In this document: positions 17,424 through 27,267 of the stretch, piece by piece
Position numbering within the stretch: position 1 is the stretch's first letter
How the letters are laid out: every line of letters starts with the position of its first letter
NCBI GenBank assembly: GCA_964648855.1
Contig: CAZYLT010000010.1
Span: 1 to 32,000 of the forward strand
Source of the DNA: an uncultured archaeon
Lineage (GTDB): Archaea; Asgardarchaeota; Thorarchaeia; Thorarchaeales; Thorarchaeaceae
Direction of reading: 5' to 3'
DNA length: 32,000 nt
The notes under the pieces: generated by a model
What the model saw: the letters and a program-made list of their open reading frames with translations, nothing else
The model's database searches: none
Told to the model about the DNA's origin: nothing
Position numbers and translations under genes: made by a program

Positions 17424-19424
17424 TCATCCTCTCCGTAGATACTCTTGGCGCTTCTTCAGCAGAAAAATCATTATTGCTATCGTGAAAATTCCGAGACCTA
17501 TGATGGGCAAAGCAGTTATCCAGTGCTCTCTGGGCGCCCAGTCAGCCCCATCGGGAATGCCGTCCCCATCCGTATCGGGGTCGAATGGTTTCAGACAGTG
17601 TTCTACTTCATATGCATCAGTTAGGCCGTCAGAGTCAGTATCTGCAGATAAGGGATTGAGTCCATTCAATACCTCGAATAGATCGTTGAGTCCGTCGCCA
17701 TCAGAATCTGGGTTGGCAGGGTCGGTACCGGCCTCAAGCTCAAGCGGGTCAATAAGACCATCTGAATCCGTGTCATTGGACAAAGGATTCCATCCGTTTT
17801 CGAGCTCAACGTTATCTGGAATAGTATCGCTATCCGTGTCATTGCTTGTGGGATCCATCCCTAGGTCGATTTCTTCACCATCAAGAATGCCATCAGAGTC
17901 TGTATCCTGAACAAGCGGATCTGAACCAATGATATACTCTATTCCATCCATTGCCCCATCCGAGTCGGAGTCTTGATTTCGCGGGTTTGTACCCAGCTCT
18001 CGCTCTAGGTCATCCCGAAGATAGTCATTATCAGAGTCCTCTGAGAGCGAGTTTGTTCCAAAGATGAATTCCTCATGGTCGTCTAGGTTGTCCTTATCAT
18101 AATCATGCCAATGAGAGATGTTGTATTGGAATATTGCCGACTCATTGCCTAGATTCTCTACAGTTATATTATGCACACCCTTGTTTGTGGGCATGTATTC
18201 TATTTCAATATCCCAGTCAGATTCGTTTACAGAATAGGCCAAAGTGCCAAAGGGGTCAATGATATCAACTTTTAGCGTGGTATTTGCCACCCATATGATG
18301 GTGGCGTTAAGAGATGACATGCTTGATACAGGGACATTGTATCTTCTAGTAGCATCAACTGCAATACTGTTTGACCCGGAGAACAAAGGCTTCTTGCCAT
18401 TCCCCATGTATCCTAGAAATGCCGCCAAACAGGCAGCAATTCCCGCTGCTTCTTTTGCTTGCGAGTAATCATATACAGTGATATCCCACTGATCATTTGG
18501 TCCTCCTCCCAACCCGGCTGCGCTATACTGGGAAAATGAGAATCCAGGTATTCCCCACACCCAAGCCTCCTCTGCTCCTGTTCCTGACCACAAGGCTGTC
18601 TCTGGGTCATGATTGCCATAGACTTTTCCCTGTCCAACTCTCGATGAGCCCTGCTCCGCCAATTGTACAACGAGTTCTTCGGAACTGAATCCACTCTCAA
18701 GTGTATTGTAGTGAAGTGGAACCATATCGCCGAGTGTTTCCCCGCTATCCCTGTAGAGAAGGCGATCGAACCAGAACAGTGCAGATGGCTTGGTCCCAGT
18801 TTCATTGAGGTGCTCCAACAGGCTCTGTATTCCTAGATTTCCGGATACAGAGCCACCATATGTAGAAGCATAAGCGTTTACAAGCACGTAGTAAATGTCG
18901 TTGGTGAAGTTGTAGCTATGGAGTACACGGGAAATCTCAAGTACTACGCCTACTGCCGCCCCCCACATATTCGCACCTGGAGAATATCTGCCTGCAATGT
19001 TTGTTGCGAAAACAATTGGTGCTGAATTTTGGTCAGTTCCGTGTTGTATGGCAACGAGACTCTTCTCTTCCGTCACAAAGCCAAATTTCAGTTCATTACC
19101 CGTATACGATTTCAGTGTTGAATTGGCGTAATTCCATGCCCCAATGAGTGGGTCAGACCCTTCTTTATGTAAGGGAAACCAGACACGATTCTTATAGTCT
19201 TCAGATAGCACCTTGGTGATTGATTGGATATTCGCTTGGCTGATGGAGGAATATATTGCGCTCCAAGTATCGTAAACTTCAAGCACTTCATTCTGAGCCA
19301 GTACATGATCAAGAGAATGCAATTTTTCAGCTTTTATTCCCGTCGTAGTCGGACCATCGAGAAACGATAGGGATGAAGCTATCATTACAAAAACAACAAA
19401 AAAGGCAAGCGTTCTCCTTCTCAT
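17424..19424 (-). CDS. Membrane-anchored surface protein: highly degenerate M28-like domain, 9 Ca-binding repeats, C-terminal TM (paralog 2)
   Basis: Likely start is ATG 19424 (MRRRTLAFFVVF). PGANMWGAAVGVVLEISRVL and FDRLLY align with paralog 1. Same repeat block and EHWI-TM-basic tail. Confidence 0.85.
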   Translation of the reverse strand: MRRRTLAFFVVFVMIASSLSFLDGPTTTGIKAEKLHSLDHVLAQNEVLEVYDTWSAIYSSISQANIQSITKVLSEDYKNRVWFPLHKEGSDPLIGAWNYANSTLKSYTGNELKFGFVTEEKSLVAIQHGTDQNSAPIVFATNIAGRYSPGANMWGAAVGVVLEISRVLHSYNFTNDIYYVLVNAYASTYGGSVSGNLGIQSLLEHLNETGTKPSALFWFDRLLYRDSGETLGDMVPLHYNTLESGFSSEELVVQLAEQGSSRVGQGKVYGNHDPETALWSGTGAEEAWVWGIPGFSFSQYSAAGLGGGPNDQWDITVYDYSQAKEAAGIAACLAAFLGYMGNGKKPLFSGSNSIAVDATRRYNVPVSSMSSLNATIIWVANTTLKVDIIDPFGTLAYSVNESDWDIEIEYMPTNKGVHNITVENLGNESAIFQYNISHWHDYDKDNLDDHEEFIFGTNSLSEDSDNDYLRDDLERELGTNPRNQDSDSDGAMDGIEYIIGSDPLVQDTDSDGILDGEEIDLGMDPTSNDTDSDTIPDNVELENGWNPLSNDTDSDGLIDPLELEAGTDPANPDSDGDGLNDLFEVLNGLNPLSADTDSDGLTDAYEVEHCLKPFDPDTDGDGIPDGADWAPREHWITALPIIGLGIFTIAIMIFLLKKRQEYLRRG
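17531..18104 (-). repeat. Nine ~22-aa DxDxDG Ca-binding repeats
   Basis: DYDKDNLDDHEE, DSDNDYLRDDLE, DSDSDGAMDGIE, DTDSDGILDGEE, DTDSDTIPDNVE, DTDSDGLIDPLE, DSDGDGLNDLFE, DTDSDGLTDAYE, DTDGDGIPDGAD. Confidence 0.9.
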
Positions 19425-19535
19425 ACTAACTCTGTCGAAAGGCAAGCTCAGTTATATCTTACGAATCCTGCTGATTTTCATTGCTATTGTAGTAAGCTTA
19501 AAAATCACTTGAGGTCGTCAAGCTGGAGGAGCAAA
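19425..19535. promoter_or_regulatory. Divergent promoter region
   Basis: About 110 bp between divergent starts. TATA-like cttaaaaa at about 19497-19504 (+) and gatataac at 19451-19458 (-). SD-like GGAGG at about 19525 before ATG 19536. Confidence 0.45.
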
Positions 19536-20318
19536 ATGCCCTTGGATAGCAACGTTGCAGTACAGTGTATAGACCTTTATCGGGAATTTGAGGATGGTCG
19601 AAGAATCATCAAAGTACTCAGAGGTACTAATCTTACCGTTAACCGTGGTGAGTTCGTTGCGATAGTGGGAGCAAGTGGTTCGGGCAAGACCACCCTTCTG
19701 AATCTCATAGGTGGACTTGACAGACCCACCGCTGGCGAAATCATTGTTAATGGGGTCGAGATAACCGACCTCAAGGACGAAGAGATGTCACAAATACGTC
19801 GACACAACATAGGTGTCCTGTTTCAAGACCAGCATCTTCTTCCCATCTTTACTGCAATAGAAAATGTACAAGTTCCTATGCTCCTTGATGAAGTACGTGC
19901 CAAAGAGCGGTACGAACGTTCCATAAAACTTCTTGAAGCGGTCGGTGTGGATCACCGTGCTCACCATATGCCACATGAACTCTCCGGCGGAATGAGATCG
20001 CGGGTCGCTCTTGCTCGGGCTCTGGCAAATAACCCGACAGTTTTGCTTTGCGACGAACCGACAGGAGATTTAGACCACAAGACTGGCGGAGAAATTATCA
20101 AATTGATGCGAGATTTGGCTAAAGAAGAGAATCGTGCCGTCATCACAGTCACACATGATCCAGAAACCGCGAGAATGGCCGACAGGATTTTGCTGCTTAG
20201 GGATGGTCAACTAGTTGACGAACTCATTGGCGAGTTCTTTAGAGCAAGTGGTGTAGAGGTCGAGTCTCGCCCCCAAGGCACGCCACCCGATCAGAAGGAT
20301 ACTGCGGTGGAGGGCTGA
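19536..20318 (+). CDS. ABC transporter ATPase, LolD/MacB/FtsE family
   Basis: Walker A GASGSGKT, LDRPTAG, signature LSGGMRSRV, Walker B LLCDEPTGDLD, VTHD. Start ATG 19536 has a GGAGG SD. Confidence 0.95.
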   Translation: MPLDSNVAVQCIDLYREFEDGRRIIKVLRGTNLTVNRGEFVAIVGASGSGKTTLLNLIGGLDRPTAGEIIVNGVEITDLKDEEMSQIRRHNIGVLFQDQHLLPIFTAIENVQVPMLLDEVRAKERYERSIKLLEAVGVDHRAHHMPHELSGGMRSRVALARALANNPTVLLCDEPTGDLDHKTGGEIIKLMRDLAKEENRAVITVTHDPETARMADRILLLRDGQLVDELIGEFFRASGVEVESRPQGTPPDQKDTAVEG

Positions 20319-20322
20319 TTCT

Positions 20323-23211
20323 TTGGCTAGTGGAAAAGGGAATTACCGCAAACTAAGAGGTAATCGTGCCTACTCATTCTCATATGCCTTAAGTTCCATG
20401 AGAGCCTTCCCCTTTAGGGCACTGAGTCTTGCATTAACTCTCAGTCTTGGATTTTCTCTTATTGGCTCAGCCATGATTTGGGCTGATACCGGGGTTCAGG
20501 TGAGTATAGAGGAGTACTTCGATGAGAATGGTTTCCAATTGCTTGTCACAAACCCTGCTGGGCGAACTGAGTCCGTTGACGCCGCATCATTGTATGCCTT
20601 GAGCAGCGATTTCGTTGATAGCGCAACAAGAGTAAACTCGACGGTTGGGCTAGTCTATGGTACTGCGCTTCCGGATGATACGCCGTACGGGCTGGATTTG
20701 CCCATCTATAGTAGTGGAATCAAGGATTGTGAGGTTATCTTTGTGGATAACCAATTTCTTGAACAATCCAAGGGCCAATTCGAAATTGAAGGACGCTTTT
20801 CATTAAGCGATGACGAAGCTCTGGTTTCAACACAGTTCGTTAACTATGTATACAAAATCTATGGTCAGACACTGACACTGAACTCAACAATTAGTGTGGA
20901 GCTGTTGACTCGGCGGGCAATAGGTACTGAAGGTGCTATTGGCGATATGGGTAGAACAAGCCTTGATTCATTGACCATAGTTGGAATATACGAAATTGAG
21001 GGATACACCTCAATAATCGAAACCGCTTTTCCATCGCAGTTACGTAGCAACTATGACTATGTCAATTATGACGCTCCAGTGCTCGGCATTCGAGACAGCA
21101 TTATGGTACTTTCAAGTGCTGTGGATACGGGTGACCTCCCCGAGGTTGGCTTTTTTGGAGCAAAGACTTTCATTAGAGCATCAAGTGGCGCCCTTGTTGC
21201 TGCAGGGCTTGAAGATATTTCAAAGAATCTCATAACACTCAAGACCCGAATAGAGGAACAATTCTCTGTTCTCGTTGAAGGATTAGATGAGGTCCTATAC
21301 CTCCAGAACCTTGTTGATACTTATATCCAAACCATGCCCCTAGCTCTGCTCAATCTACCGATATTCATTCTCGCGTTGTTTCTCTCGGTGTTTGCTGCAG
21401 ACACCTTTATGGCAACACGAAAGACAGAGGTCAGCGCTCTGAGGTCAAAAGGTGCCAGTTCCCGTCAGATATATGGAATTTTCTTCGCTGAGTCAATCTT
21501 AATCGCGTCATTCAGTATAGCTATCGGTCTCTTCCTGAGTATGCTGTTTGCCGCCCTAATCCCCGCTGCAACAAGTTTCATGAGTTTTGATTGGGAAGTA
21601 TACTCGTATTATCTGTCAGAAACTGTTCTCAATCCCCAAAGTGTCTTGATTACTATTCTCGTATGCATTCTTCCTCCATTGCTGTTTATCCTTAACTCTG
21701 CTAGAAATGCAGCTCTCACAGAGATAGGAAGCCAGCTTATGGAAACCGCAGATACAGAACCATCTGAGCAACCTGCTTATGGCTTTACTATAGGAGCTTC
21801 CACAGTGCTGCTCGGGCTGGTCATGGCTGCGGTGTTATTCGTCCCAGGAAATCCCATTCTGCTCCTAGTTGAAATTGGCCTGGGTACTGCAGCGTGGTTC
21901 TTTCTGTCCTACAATGGATCGAGGATTACCCGTGTTGGATTTGCCAAATTCACTTCCCGACTTTCCTTTCTCCTCGGCGAGAAGAATATGATTTCGTCTG
22001 GAAATCTGAGGATGAGAAAAGGACGTGTTGTACCACTTATGGTGGTTCTTTCCTTAACCCTCTCATCGACAATAGCTTTTACCGTCCAAGCCGAGAGCTT
22101 CCAAGCCGACTTACAGAAAGAAGTGTCCTATGCGCTTGGTGCTGATTTACGAGTAGGAACGACCTCTAGACCGTTTTCGTTTAGGGAAACATTGGAGGAA
22201 TATCCTGGGGTTAATCGAGCAACCCCCATCCTTAGAACTTGGGCACAACTTGGAACCGAACGGATGACACTTGAAGCAGTAGATGCCATTGAATACTCCC
22301 TGATTGGGAAATTCGACCCATCGAGTTTCTATGGAGAAGATTCGAGCTTTCTCCTGTCCCGACTCTCATCAACTCCAAATGGCATCGTGCTGAGCAACTA
22401 TCACGCAAGTAGATGGAATAAGTCAATCGGCGATAGTCTCAACCTTCGTATCGGTGGAAGACTCCAAGCAGTCTATGTCAGCTTCCAAGTAGTCGGTCTG
22501 GTGCAGAGTGCGCCCGGTTTTGGATATGCATCAGCAGAAGATATTCCACAATCACGGTTGGGGCCGGCATTTGGCTTCCAAGCCCGATACTCTGGATTTG
22601 CCATTGCCAATATTGACTATATATCTCAAAGAACTGACATATCTACTGCAGATTTATTCCTCGCTGACCTAGTTTGTGTTACCGACCAGGACTTAGTTCT
22701 TCGTGCATTAACTGACCTGCCCGGGGTGTCCGCAACTACACCAGAATCGTTCGAACTCGACCGGTTTTCCTTTGGAACAGCATTATTCCTTAGCACAGTA
22801 GAAGGACTATTCTCAATTGGATTTGCTATGTCATTGATTCTAAGCATGTTTGCTCTTACATTGTTCCTCGGCTCAGTTGTTCGAGAAAGAAAACGAGATT
22901 ATGCCATTCTTAGAGCGGTGGGTGGTTCAAAGAGCCAAATAATTCGTGTGGTCATGTCCGAGTTTGCTGGGATTGTCTTTGCATCTCTAACTCTTAGTTT
23001 GGTCTTGGGAACCATATTTGGATATGTCATGAGTGCCGTGGTCTTTTCGATGAGCCCTTTTGCTAGAGTTCTCCAAGCAGTCATATCATTTCCGATTGGC
23101 TTTCTTACCGCCGTCTTGCTAGTGGAAATTGGAGCCATGATTGCAGGTGCTTACTGGCCAGCAGTAGAGGCGTCTAAGACAGATCCTGCGATAGTATTAC
23201 GAAATCTATGA
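20323..23211 (+). CDS. Large FtsX/MacB-type ABC permease with internal duplication (paralog 1)
   Basis: Two FtsX-type motifs (RKTEVSALRSKGAS..QI and ERKRDYAILRAVGGS..QI), GADLRV, two large extracytoplasmic domains, C-terminal DPAIVLRNL. Confidence 0.92.
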   Translation: MASGKGNYRKLRGNRAYSFSYALSSMRAFPFRALSLALTLSLGFSLIGSAMIWADTGVQVSIEEYFDENGFQLLVTNPAGRTESVDAASLYALSSDFVDSATRVNSTVGLVYGTALPDDTPYGLDLPIYSSGIKDCEVIFVDNQFLEQSKGQFEIEGRFSLSDDEALVSTQFVNYVYKIYGQTLTLNSTISVELLTRRAIGTEGAIGDMGRTSLDSLTIVGIYEIEGYTSIIETAFPSQLRSNYDYVNYDAPVLGIRDSIMVLSSAVDTGDLPEVGFFGAKTFIRASSGALVAAGLEDISKNLITLKTRIEEQFSVLVEGLDEVLYLQNLVDTYIQTMPLALLNLPIFILALFLSVFAADTFMATRKTEVSALRSKGASSRQIYGIFFAESILIASFSIAIGLFLSMLFAALIPAATSFMSFDWEVYSYYLSETVLNPQSVLITILVCILPPLLFILNSARNAALTEIGSQLMETADTEPSEQPAYGFTIGASTVLLGLVMAAVLFVPGNPILLLVEIGLGTAAWFFLSYNGSRITRVGFAKFTSRLSFLLGEKNMISSGNLRMRKGRVVPLMVVLSLTLSSTIAFTVQAESFQADLQKEVSYALGADLRVGTTSRPFSFRETLEEYPGVNRATPILRTWAQLGTERMTLEAVDAIEYSLIGKFDPSSFYGEDSSFLLSRLSSTPNGIVLSNYHASRWNKSIGDSLNLRIGGRLQAVYVSFQVVGLVQSAPGFGYASAEDIPQSRLGPAFGFQARYSGFAIANIDYISQRTDISTADLFLADLVCVTDQDLVLRALTDLPGVSATTPESFELDRFSFGTALFLSTVEGLFSIGFAMSLILSMFALTLFLGSVVRERKRDYAILRAVGGSKSQIIRVVMSEFAGIVFASLTLSLVLGTIFGYVMSAVVFSMSPFARVLQAVISFPIGFLTAVLLVEIGAMIAGAYWPAVEASKTDPAIVLRNL

Positions 23212-23220
23212 GGCAAAACT

Positions 23221-26139
23221 ATGGCGAAACTATCAAACCCCCGACAACGGATGAAGGGCAGCTCAACATGGTCGTTATCATATGCCCTTTCTTCTCTAAC
23301 AAAATATCCGAGCAGAAACATGGGCATTGCATTAGTCCTCGCCATCGGGATTGCTTTACCTACCACTGTATTTGTTTGGTCTAATACGGGCACCACCTTA
23401 GTCGTATCTGATTACTTTGAAGAACGCACGTATCAAATGTCGCTGCGTTTAAAGCCAAATGCACTTTACGACCGAAGACTGCTTGATGATATAATAGAAA
23501 CAGCAGAAGATCATCCTCTTACAGACACCGTCCACCGTATCGTTTCTACAGCAGGCGTCTTGGCAAACGATACTTTTCCAGACTGGGAGTACTATGATGC
23601 CTATGGCAGCTATCAATACAACTATGTGGAGGGAGTGAAAGATGGTCGCGTGGTCCTGACCACTAATGAGATACTCGGGAATTGGTCGCGGGAATTCGAC
23701 TACACAGGCAAGTTCACCTTAAATCCTGGAGAGTTGCTTGTGTCTGAGGGGTTCATATCCTATACACAAGATGTACTGGATATTGAACTTGAGATTGGAG
23801 ATGAGGTGGACATCGACATTATTGCTCATGAGCAGAGAGCTGGGCAATTGCGTTCTCGTGAAGAATTATCCGTTGAACCCGCTCACAATCTGACAATCGT
23901 AGGAATTTACAGTATAAAAAATCTCAACTCACAGATTGGGAATGCTTTCGTTTCCATCATGCGCAAGAATTGGGACCCTCTTGGTTTTGCTGAATCAGTC
24001 CTTGGGATCGAGGACTCGGTGATTATGCTCTCGAGTGAAATAGGTGAAGAAAAGACAGAAGAGATTGCCAATTGGGGGTATTTCAAATCCGCTATCCTTG
24101 TTCGCGCATCTGAGAGCGAACTGATTGCTAGAGGCTCCCAGAATTTCGCTGACAATCTCATAACCTTCAAGTCACAATTTGAGGAAGAGTTTCCTACGTA
24201 CCAGGTTAGCGGCCTGCTTGATATCTGGGAACTTGATTCGCAGATACAAACCTATCTTGATAGTCAAATTCTAACAATTGTGGCATTCCCTGTATTGATC
24301 ATGAGCCTGATGTTGACGGTATTCACATCAGAAGCAGCCGTATCCCGCCGGAAAGGAGAAATCAGTGCTCTCAGGGCTAAGGGTGCATCTTACAACCAAA
24401 TATTTTCAACATTCATGTGGGAATCTCTATTCCTTGCTCTAGCTGGTCTTTTGATTGGCCTTGGTCTATCGCTAGTGATGGGCCCATTGATTGGCTCCTC
24501 GACGGGGCTATTTGTGTTTAATATGGGGGTGTTCTTGGATTATATCACGCATCTTACCATGCCCAGCCTTGGATTGATAATTGCAGCAGTCATTGCTTTG
24601 TATCTGCCAGCGACTTATTTGCTCCATGTTGCTAGGCGAATTGATGTATCTGAAGTAGGACAGCCAATGGATAATCAACCCGATGAGGTTGCTGACACCG
24701 GGAATGGATGGCGATATGGCATTGGGCTTGGGCTCACTCTTTCTGCGCTACTATTGATGCCAACATTAGCATCCCCTCGGGGCATGGTGGCAATTCTTGA
24801 AACTCTAATAGCAACCTTGCTGCTGTTTGTCGCTTCATATTTTGGTTCTCGTGCGATGCGTCATTTTACTGCCCGTGTGTCTGGGGGCACGAATTTCTTA
24901 TTGGGCGAAAAGAGCCTATATCTGAGCCAAAGCCTAAGGAAACGTAAGGGTCAATTCATCCCCCTCCTAGTTATCCTTACTCTCACTCTCACCACGACAA
25001 CAATGATGCTTGTACAGACATCAAGTTTCCAAGCAACTGTAGACAACGAGTTAGCCTACGCCATCGGTGCTGACATGCGCGTTGAATGTGACCCAAAGCC
25101 ATTCGACTTCAATAAAACTCTGAAGTCATATCCAGGCGTCATAGATGCGACTCCTGTCATACAAACATGGGGTCAAGTTTCCACTAGCAGGTTCTTTTTG
25201 GAAGGCATTGACCCACTCAGATATCTAGACATAGGACGTTTCTCAGCGGGTAGTTTCGTTGGCAACTCTTCTGAATCTATTCTAACGGAACTGGACCAAA
25301 CCAACAACGGGATTGTAATCAGTGAATATTATGCAGACTTGTGGAATAAAACAACGGGCGATGGGGTTTTGGTCTACTATGGAGGCATTGAAGATACGCT
25401 ATTATCTTCCTTCAAAATCGTTGGAATCATGAAGAGTGCTCCGGCTTTTGGGATTGCTTCAACAGATGAAATCAACGGCCCCTCCTTTGCTGCACAATTT
25501 GGATTCCAAGCAGGACAGGGCGGGTTTGCCCTCGTGAACCTTGACTTTCTCTCGGAGCGAAGTGGCATAGATAGAGCGGAGCTGTTCTTGGTGGATACAA
25601 TATGCTTTGCGGATGTAACTCCTATCATTGAGTCTCTCTCTGAGGAAAAGAATACCCATGTCTTTACCGTTGAAACATTTGATATCTCTACACAATCATA
25701 CTCGCTACAGTTATTCTTGTCAGGCATTCAAGGGCTGACTGTAATCTCATTTGCTTTATGTGCCGCCATGGGACTTTCAGCGATAGCTCTGTTCCTTGGA
25801 TCCTCGGTTAGTGAACGGAGCCAAGAATACGCCTTGTTTAGAGCAATAGGGAGCACTGAGAAGCAGGTAGTCAGCATGGTATTCGGAGAATTTGCTGGTT
25901 CTGTTGTCGCTGCTATCTCTATCAGTGTGTTTCTTGGGTTCTTCTTTGGATACGCTATGAGCCTACTAACGTTTGGTGTTTCTCCCTTCTCACCTGTATT
26001 GGCAGAGGTTCTATCATTTCCAATTGCTATGCTGATAGTCATTATATCTTTGGAGAGCTTGGTTATGCTTGCCAGCTGCTATATTCCTGCCAAACGGGCA
26101 GGACGAGTAGACCCCGCGGAGGCCCTAAGGAATCTGTGA
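23221..26139 (+). CDS. Large FtsX/MacB-type ABC permease with internal duplication (paralog 2)
   Basis: RRKGEISALRAKGAS, ERSQEYALFRAIGS, GADMRV, C-terminal DPAEALRNL. Colinear with paralog 1. Confidence 0.92.
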   Translation: MAKLSNPRQRMKGSSTWSLSYALSSLTKYPSRNMGIALVLAIGIALPTTVFVWSNTGTTLVVSDYFEERTYQMSLRLKPNALYDRRLLDDIIETAEDHPLTDTVHRIVSTAGVLANDTFPDWEYYDAYGSYQYNYVEGVKDGRVVLTTNEILGNWSREFDYTGKFTLNPGELLVSEGFISYTQDVLDIELEIGDEVDIDIIAHEQRAGQLRSREELSVEPAHNLTIVGIYSIKNLNSQIGNAFVSIMRKNWDPLGFAESVLGIEDSVIMLSSEIGEEKTEEIANWGYFKSAILVRASESELIARGSQNFADNLITFKSQFEEEFPTYQVSGLLDIWELDSQIQTYLDSQILTIVAFPVLIMSLMLTVFTSEAAVSRRKGEISALRAKGASYNQIFSTFMWESLFLALAGLLIGLGLSLVMGPLIGSSTGLFVFNMGVFLDYITHLTMPSLGLIIAAVIALYLPATYLLHVARRIDVSEVGQPMDNQPDEVADTGNGWRYGIGLGLTLSALLLMPTLASPRGMVAILETLIATLLLFVASYFGSRAMRHFTARVSGGTNFLLGEKSLYLSQSLRKRKGQFIPLLVILTLTLTTTTMMLVQTSSFQATVDNELAYAIGADMRVECDPKPFDFNKTLKSYPGVIDATPVIQTWGQVSTSRFFLEGIDPLRYLDIGRFSAGSFVGNSSESILTELDQTNNGIVISEYYADLWNKTTGDGVLVYYGGIEDTLLSSFKIVGIMKSAPAFGIASTDEINGPSFAAQFGFQAGQGGFALVNLDFLSERSGIDRAELFLVDTICFADVTPIIESLSEEKNTHVFTVETFDISTQSYSLQLFLSGIQGLTVISFALCAAMGLSAIALFLGSSVSERSQEYALFRAIGSTEKQVVSMVFGEFAGSVVAAISISVFLGFFFGYAMSLLTFGVSPFSPVLAEVLSFPIAMLIVIISLESLVMLASCYIPAKRAGRVDPAEALRNL

Positions 26140-26236
26140 TTAACATGCCACGACTGAACCAAGAAATAACAGTGTGCAGAATGCATAGCTCAATAACCTT
26201 ATCTGAAAGCCCAGAAGGCTGTGGAATGATGCTCAC

Positions 26237-27250
26237 ATGACAACTGCAGAAGAAATCGACATTTACAGTGACTACCCTGATGATGTAGTTGTCAGTGCGG
26301 AGAATGTCTACAAGATTTACAAAACAAACGAACTAGAAACTGTTGCACTGAGTGGTGTTTCTCTTCAAATTCTTGAAGGAAAGATAATGTGTGTGGTCGG
26401 ACCAAGTGGATCAGGGAAGACCACGTTGACAAATATCATCGGAGGCATTACAAAAGCCACAGTCGGAAAAGTATACTGGGCTAATCTCCGTAAGGACATC
26501 ACCAAGATTTCGGAACGTGTACTTACTGAAGCACGACGTTCTTTCATTGGTTTTGTTTTCCAGGTTAACAATCTATTACCTCATCTCAATGCATGGCAAA
26601 ATGTGGAGTTGGCAGCTCGAATAGCTGGCGTTCCGAAGAAGATTAGAAATGATCGAGTTGATAGATTGATCAAACTCGTCGGCCTGGAAGAGAGAAAACG
26701 GAACAAGGCAACCACCCTAAGCGGTGGTGAGCGCTCCAGAGTAGCAATCGCTAGTGCTCTTGTGAACCTTATCGATACAGAAGGAAAGGGCTTAGTTCTA
26801 TGCGACGAGCCAACGGGAGATCTTGATCCTGAAACTGCTCAGAGGATTTTAGAGTTGTTCAAGGAATTGAATGAGACCCTTGGAACTTCATTCTTCATTG
26901 TAACCCATAGCCAACAGGTCGCTTCAATGGCGGATATCACCGTGGAGATACGAGACGGGATTGTTTCAGGATTTCATCGAATGGGTATTGACCTTGACAC
27001 TCTTGGAGCCACGCGGGTCGTTAGACTCGATAACAATTATCGGCTGCCCATGCCAACTGATCTTCTCGAGCTCGCTGGAAACCCGTCACAATTCAGAATA
27101 TCCTTCGAAGATGATAGGTTCATACTCGTGCCATACAAGGAGGACATGAGTGACACGATGCGGGTGAAAAAGGTCATTACCTGCAGGGTCTGCGGAGAAG
27201 AGATTCCACAAGGCAAGTTCATATGCCCCAACTGCGGAAGCACTGTATGA
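26237..27250 (+). CDS. LolD/MacB-family ABC ATPase with C-terminal AbrB-like segment and zinc ribbon
   Basis: GPSGSGKT, LSGGERSRV, VLCDEPTGDLD, VTHS. Tail VRLDNNYRLPMP..L...FRISFEDDRFILVP, then CRVCG...CPNCG. Confidence 0.9.
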   Translation: MTTAEEIDIYSDYPDDVVVSAENVYKIYKTNELETVALSGVSLQILEGKIMCVVGPSGSGKTTLTNIIGGITKATVGKVYWANLRKDITKISERVLTEARRSFIGFVFQVNNLLPHLNAWQNVELAARIAGVPKKIRNDRVDRLIKLVGLEERKRNKATTLSGGERSRVAIASALVNLIDTEGKGLVLCDEPTGDLDPETAQRILELFKELNETLGTSFFIVTHSQQVASMADITVEIRDGIVSGFHRMGIDLDTLGATRVVRLDNNYRLPMPTDLLELAGNPSQFRISFEDDRFILVPYKEDMSDTMRVKKVITCRVCGEEIPQGKFICPNCGSTV

Positions 27251-27267
27251 TTGTGGTGCGGGGATAA

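Noticed and set aside
17377-17910. 177-aa Ser/Pro-rich plus-strand ORF
   Set aside because: It is the antisense shadow of the Asp-rich repeats.
15435-18104. Periodic DNA repeats as a CRISPR array or tandem DNA element
   Set aside because: They are degenerate 66-nt coding repeats for Ca-binding peptide units, with no identical repeats separated by unique spacers.
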